Source: Spirochaetota bacterium
GTDB taxonomy: Bacteria > Spirochaetota > UBA4802 > UBA5550
Assembly: GCA_963664815.2 (NCBI GenBank)
Contig: CAXXHB010000003.1
Coordinates: forward strand, 2,560,001 to 2,624,000
Direction of reading: 5' to 3'
DNA: 64,000 nt
Shown: in pieces, positions 61,069 to 64,000 of the stretch
Numbering within the stretch: position 1 is the stretch's first letter
Layout of the letters: each line of letters begins with the position of its first letter
Position numbers and translations under genes: made by a program
Notes under the pieces: generated by a model
Databases searched by the model: none
What the model saw: the letters and a program-made list of their open reading frames with translations, nothing else
Told to the model about the DNA's origin: nothing

Positions 61069-62292
61069 ATGAACATTTTTGATTTAATAATATTTTTTGC
61101 TATATATTCTTTTACAGGATGGATTATCGAGGTAATTTACAGATCCTATACCATGAAAAAACTTATTAATCCCGGTTTCCTTTTTGGCCCGTTTATACCG
61201 GTGTATGGTATTGGAGGTGTTTTTGTTATGTTCCTGCAGATGTATATCTCACCTTTTAATCTGATTGTACAGTTTATTATTTATACAATTGTTCTATCAG
61301 CTATTGAATATACTACTGGTGAAGTTTTTGAACATTTTTTTAAACTTAAACTCTGGGATTATTCAGATACCAGATTTAACCTGAACGGGAAAATAAGCCT
61401 TATATTTTCTCTCGGCTGGGGTACTCTTGCAGTCGGATTTTCACATTTTATTCATCCCTTTCTATCTTCAATTGTTCATAAAATGAATTTTCATCAAACT
61501 ATGATTATCTCCTCATGCTTTACGGCATATTTTATTACCGATACTGTTTATTCAGTTGCATCACTCAACAGATTCCGGAGAGATATCGCTTATTTATATG
61601 AAAAGTATTCCACCCTGAGTAATCTTGAAGTTCAGAAAATAATATCCTCATTTAAAAGAATCCTTAATGCTTTCCCTCATTTGAATGAGCATCTGAACAG
61701 AAATCTAAGTGAAAATCTCAAATTAAAGGTCAGCAATATGAAATTAAAACTTTCTGATACAATAGATACTATTATAAATAACAGAAAACCGGCCGAGCAG
61801 GAGTATATCAATATTGTATCTGACATACTTGAGCACGATGTGTTCAGGGAACTTCAGAACTTCTTTCATCACAATTCATCAATATATGATCATGCGAAAA
61901 TTGTTTCTTATGTTTCATACAGGATCTGCAAATTTCTCAATCTCGATTACAGATCTGCTGCACGGGGAGGTCTGCTCCACGATTTTTTTCTCTATGACTG
62001 GAGAGATCACCATGAACCGGATCTTGCAAAAGAAAAATACCACGGAATGGAGCACCCGAAAATTGCGCTTAACAACTCTCTAAAACACTTCCCCCTTAAT
62101 GATATTGAGAAGGATATTATAGTAAAACATATGTGGCCTCTGACGCTTGTGCCTCCGAAATACCAGGAATCCTTTGTTGTAACTTTCACTGATAAATATA
62201 TCTCTTCAAGAGAGTTTATTGAAGAATTCAGGAAAAAACAGAGTGCAAAAATTGAAAAAATTAAAAAGAAAAACAGATTAGAAAGAGCCTGA
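61069..62292 (+). CDS. Putative ABC-permease (CmpB/DUF1113-like) fused to HD domain
   Basis: YSFTGWIIE...GFLFGPFIPVYG...LWDYS membrane domain, then HH...H...GGLLHDFFLYDW...HP...HMWP...DK. Confidence 0.85.
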   Translation: MNIFDLIIFFAIYSFTGWIIEVIYRSYTMKKLINPGFLFGPFIPVYGIGGVFVMFLQMYISPFNLIVQFIIYTIVLSAIEYTTGEVFEHFFKLKLWDYSDTRFNLNGKISLIFSLGWGTLAVGFSHFIHPFLSSIVHKMNFHQTMIISSCFTAYFITDTVYSVASLNRFRRDIAYLYEKYSTLSNLEVQKIISSFKRILNAFPHLNEHLNRNLSENLKLKVSNMKLKLSDTIDTIINNRKPAEQEYINIVSDILEHDVFRELQNFFHHNSSIYDHAKIVSYVSYRICKFLNLDYRSAARGGLLHDFFLYDWRDHHEPDLAKEKYHGMEHPKIALNNSLKHFPLNDIEKDIIVKHMWPLTLVPPKYQESFVVTFTDKYISSREFIEEFRKKQSAKIEKIKKKNRLERA

Positions 62293-62404
62293 ATTTAAGG
62301 TGTCAGTTCAGATTCCATCATTAATCGGATATTATTTCTCTCTTCTGCATGAAGAGAGAAATAATATTTATTAACCAATCCGGAATCCCCGCAAAGATGA
62401 GGTT

Positions 62405-63286
62405 TTACATCACACCAGTCCTCTGGACATCCTTAGCCTGAACAGTAACCACACCACTGGGTGTAAGTATCTGCAGGAAAGCGCCACGGGACATGATAAC
62501 ACCTTTAATGACTCTTCCATTGTACATAGTAATTACATCTATTCTCTGATATTTTGTTTTCATCTCTTCATATGACATTCCGGAAAGCTTTTCTATCTCT
62601 TTATTTATCTCTTCATCGCTCTTGATTGTATCTTCATATTTTTTATTGAGATCTTCCGTAGTCATTTTTTCAATATCTTTTACGGCAGGAGTTGCTTCAA
62701 GCTTCTTGAGTTCAAGTGTTTCAACCTGGTTTACATTTCTCATCTCTATTTTTTCAGATACAACCACACTTTTCCCCGGATCAGCAAGCTTCTCTTCTTT
62801 TGTGTCACTTTTAACTACGCTTACAGACCCCTTTCCTACGGCAACAACGGTTTTACCATTTGAATAATCTGTTAAGAATTCCGTACCCCTTACAGACGCA
62901 ACCGCAGTAGGTGTTTTTACAAAATAATCATTTCCTTTTTTCAATTTAGAAACATTTGACAGGACTTTACCTTTATCAAGATTGATCTCTCTCTTGGCTA
63001 TATTGGTTATTGATGCAACAACAACCTTTGTATTCGCCTCAAACCTTACAATAAGTTCATTCCCGACCTGAACTATTACCGAAGATTTATCCCCTGTTTC
63101 AATTACATCTCCATCTTTAACTATATCCTGTATTTTTACAGGACGAGGCAATGCATTTGCCGTTTGAATTGTTGCAGTCCCGGAAAAGAACGAGACAACT
63201 GCATCTGCTGATTTACCCTTTCCACATGAAGCCGGTATAAGGGAAATGAGTATCATTGCTAAAGCCGCCGCATAAAAATTTTTCAT
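62405..63286 (-). CDS. FecR-domain lipoprotein (LipL45-like)
   Basis: Lipobox PASC; VKTPTAVASVRGTEF motif. Confidence 0.85.
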   Translation of the reverse strand: MKNFYAAALAMILISLIPASCGKGKSADAVVSFFSGTATIQTANALPRPVKIQDIVKDGDVIETGDKSSVIVQVGNELIVRFEANTKVVVASITNIAKREINLDKGKVLSNVSKLKKGNDYFVKTPTAVASVRGTEFLTDYSNGKTVVAVGKGSVSVVKSDTKEEKLADPGKSVVVSEKIEMRNVNQVETLELKKLEATPAVKDIEKMTTEDLNKKYEDTIKSDEEINKEIEKLSGMSYEEMKTKYQRIDVITMYNGRVIKGVIMSRGAFLQILTPSGVVTVQAKDVQRTGVM

Positions 63287-63415
63287 GTTTAACTCCTTTT
63301 ATTCATTATTTAGCAGATAAAACTGCGTTCTCTTGAAAATAAATTTCTTAATATATAATCGCAGAAATTACTGCGAATATTCAATGTTAGTCAGTCCGGT
63401 ATAACATGCAACATA

Positions 63416-64000
63416 TTATTGAATTATCCTTGATCCTTTTACTTCCTTTGCAGGAATCGATACAGTTCCGCCAGGAGTCAGAATTCTGTAAAATTCTCCC
63501 CGAGAAACTATAACACCTGTATATCTTCTTCCGCTGTAGAGAACCAACTCATCTATTTTGCCATACTTTTCCTTCAATGCTTCAAGAGTCGGTTTTACAG
63601 TTACAGCTGCAGCCTCCGGGCCAGTAAGTCTGTCCTTTATAAACTGTAGTTCTTCAGGTTTCTTTGAATCAATAGATTCAACATAAATCAATTCAGAAAA
63701 CGCCTTCATCATTATTAACTCATTTTCTTTTATGGGAGATACTACATTCGCCCCGTCAACCTCAGTTGAGTACCCTTTTGAGAGATTATATTCAATACCG
63801 CCCGGGACATGCTTTATTTTAACTGTTCCATCTGATACAAAAACAACTGTTTTGCCAGCTTCATGTAAAACTCCAAATTCCGTTCCCTTAACAGAGACTG
63901 CAGCCTCCGGAGTGTAAATTTCATAACTCAATCCATCTGCCAGATGAGGGACACGCGTGAGTATTCCACCGTTTTTAATATCAAGACGCAATCCGGCGCC
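63416..64000 (-). CDS. FecR-domain protein, paralog (5' part outside window)
   Basis: YTPEAAVSVKGTEF; C-terminal domain similar to the adjacent paralog (KYGKIDELVLYSGR vs KYQRIDVITMYNGR). Confidence 0.8.
   Translation of the reverse strand, partial: GAGLRLDIKNGGILTRVPHLADGLSYEIYTPEAAVSVKGTEFGVLHEAGKTVVFVSDGTVKIKHVPGGIEYNLSKGYSTEVDGANVVSPIKENELIMMKAFSELIYVESIDSKKPEELQFIKDRLTGPEAAAVTVKPTLEALKEKYGKIDELVLYSGRRYTGVIVSRGEFYRILTPGGTVSIPAKEVKGSRIIQ

Noticed and set aside
1309-63917. Many short antisense or overlapping ORFs in the track (e.g. 1309, 3565, 4759, 6646, 7619, 20662, 42422)
   Set aside because: They are shadows of well-supported genes or translations of repeats and att sites, with no motifs.

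Overview
AT-rich bacterial chromosome segment, probably from an environmental spirochaete (inferred from LipL45-like FecR lipoproteins, a spirochaete-type ATP-PFK and Leptospira/Treponema-style attC sequence). Bases 1-14,000 are accessory DNA. They hold a decayed integron cassette array on the minus strand with no integrase in the window: an attI-like site at about 9575, one intact attC at 7623-7721, and attC remnants. The cassettes include candidate anti-phage genes (a UDG/Brig1-like glycosylase, an RxxxxH HEPN-like protein, DUF2971). The region is invaded by IS3, IS701-like and IS1182 elements and by two copies of an unusual unit: a dead group IIB intron 3' fragment plus an inverted attI-like site that takes the place of the attC. 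Several REP-like repeat families follow. Bases 14,000-64,000 are mostly housekeeping and signalling genes: MFS transporter, two hybrid PAS kinases, upp, class II photolyase, pfk, K+ channel with a cNMP-binding protein, RlmL-like methyltransferase, GH13 amylase, hppA, DedA/DUF47/PiT, DEAD-box helicase, Ni/Co ECF transporter, glgX and FecR lipoproteins. This part also carries a dispersed ~105-bp MITE-like repeat and a probable UGA-recoded (selenocysteine) DUF1573 protein that the ORF track truncates. No rRNA, tRNA or CRISPR array was recognised. All family assignments come from recognising motifs by eye, not from database searches.
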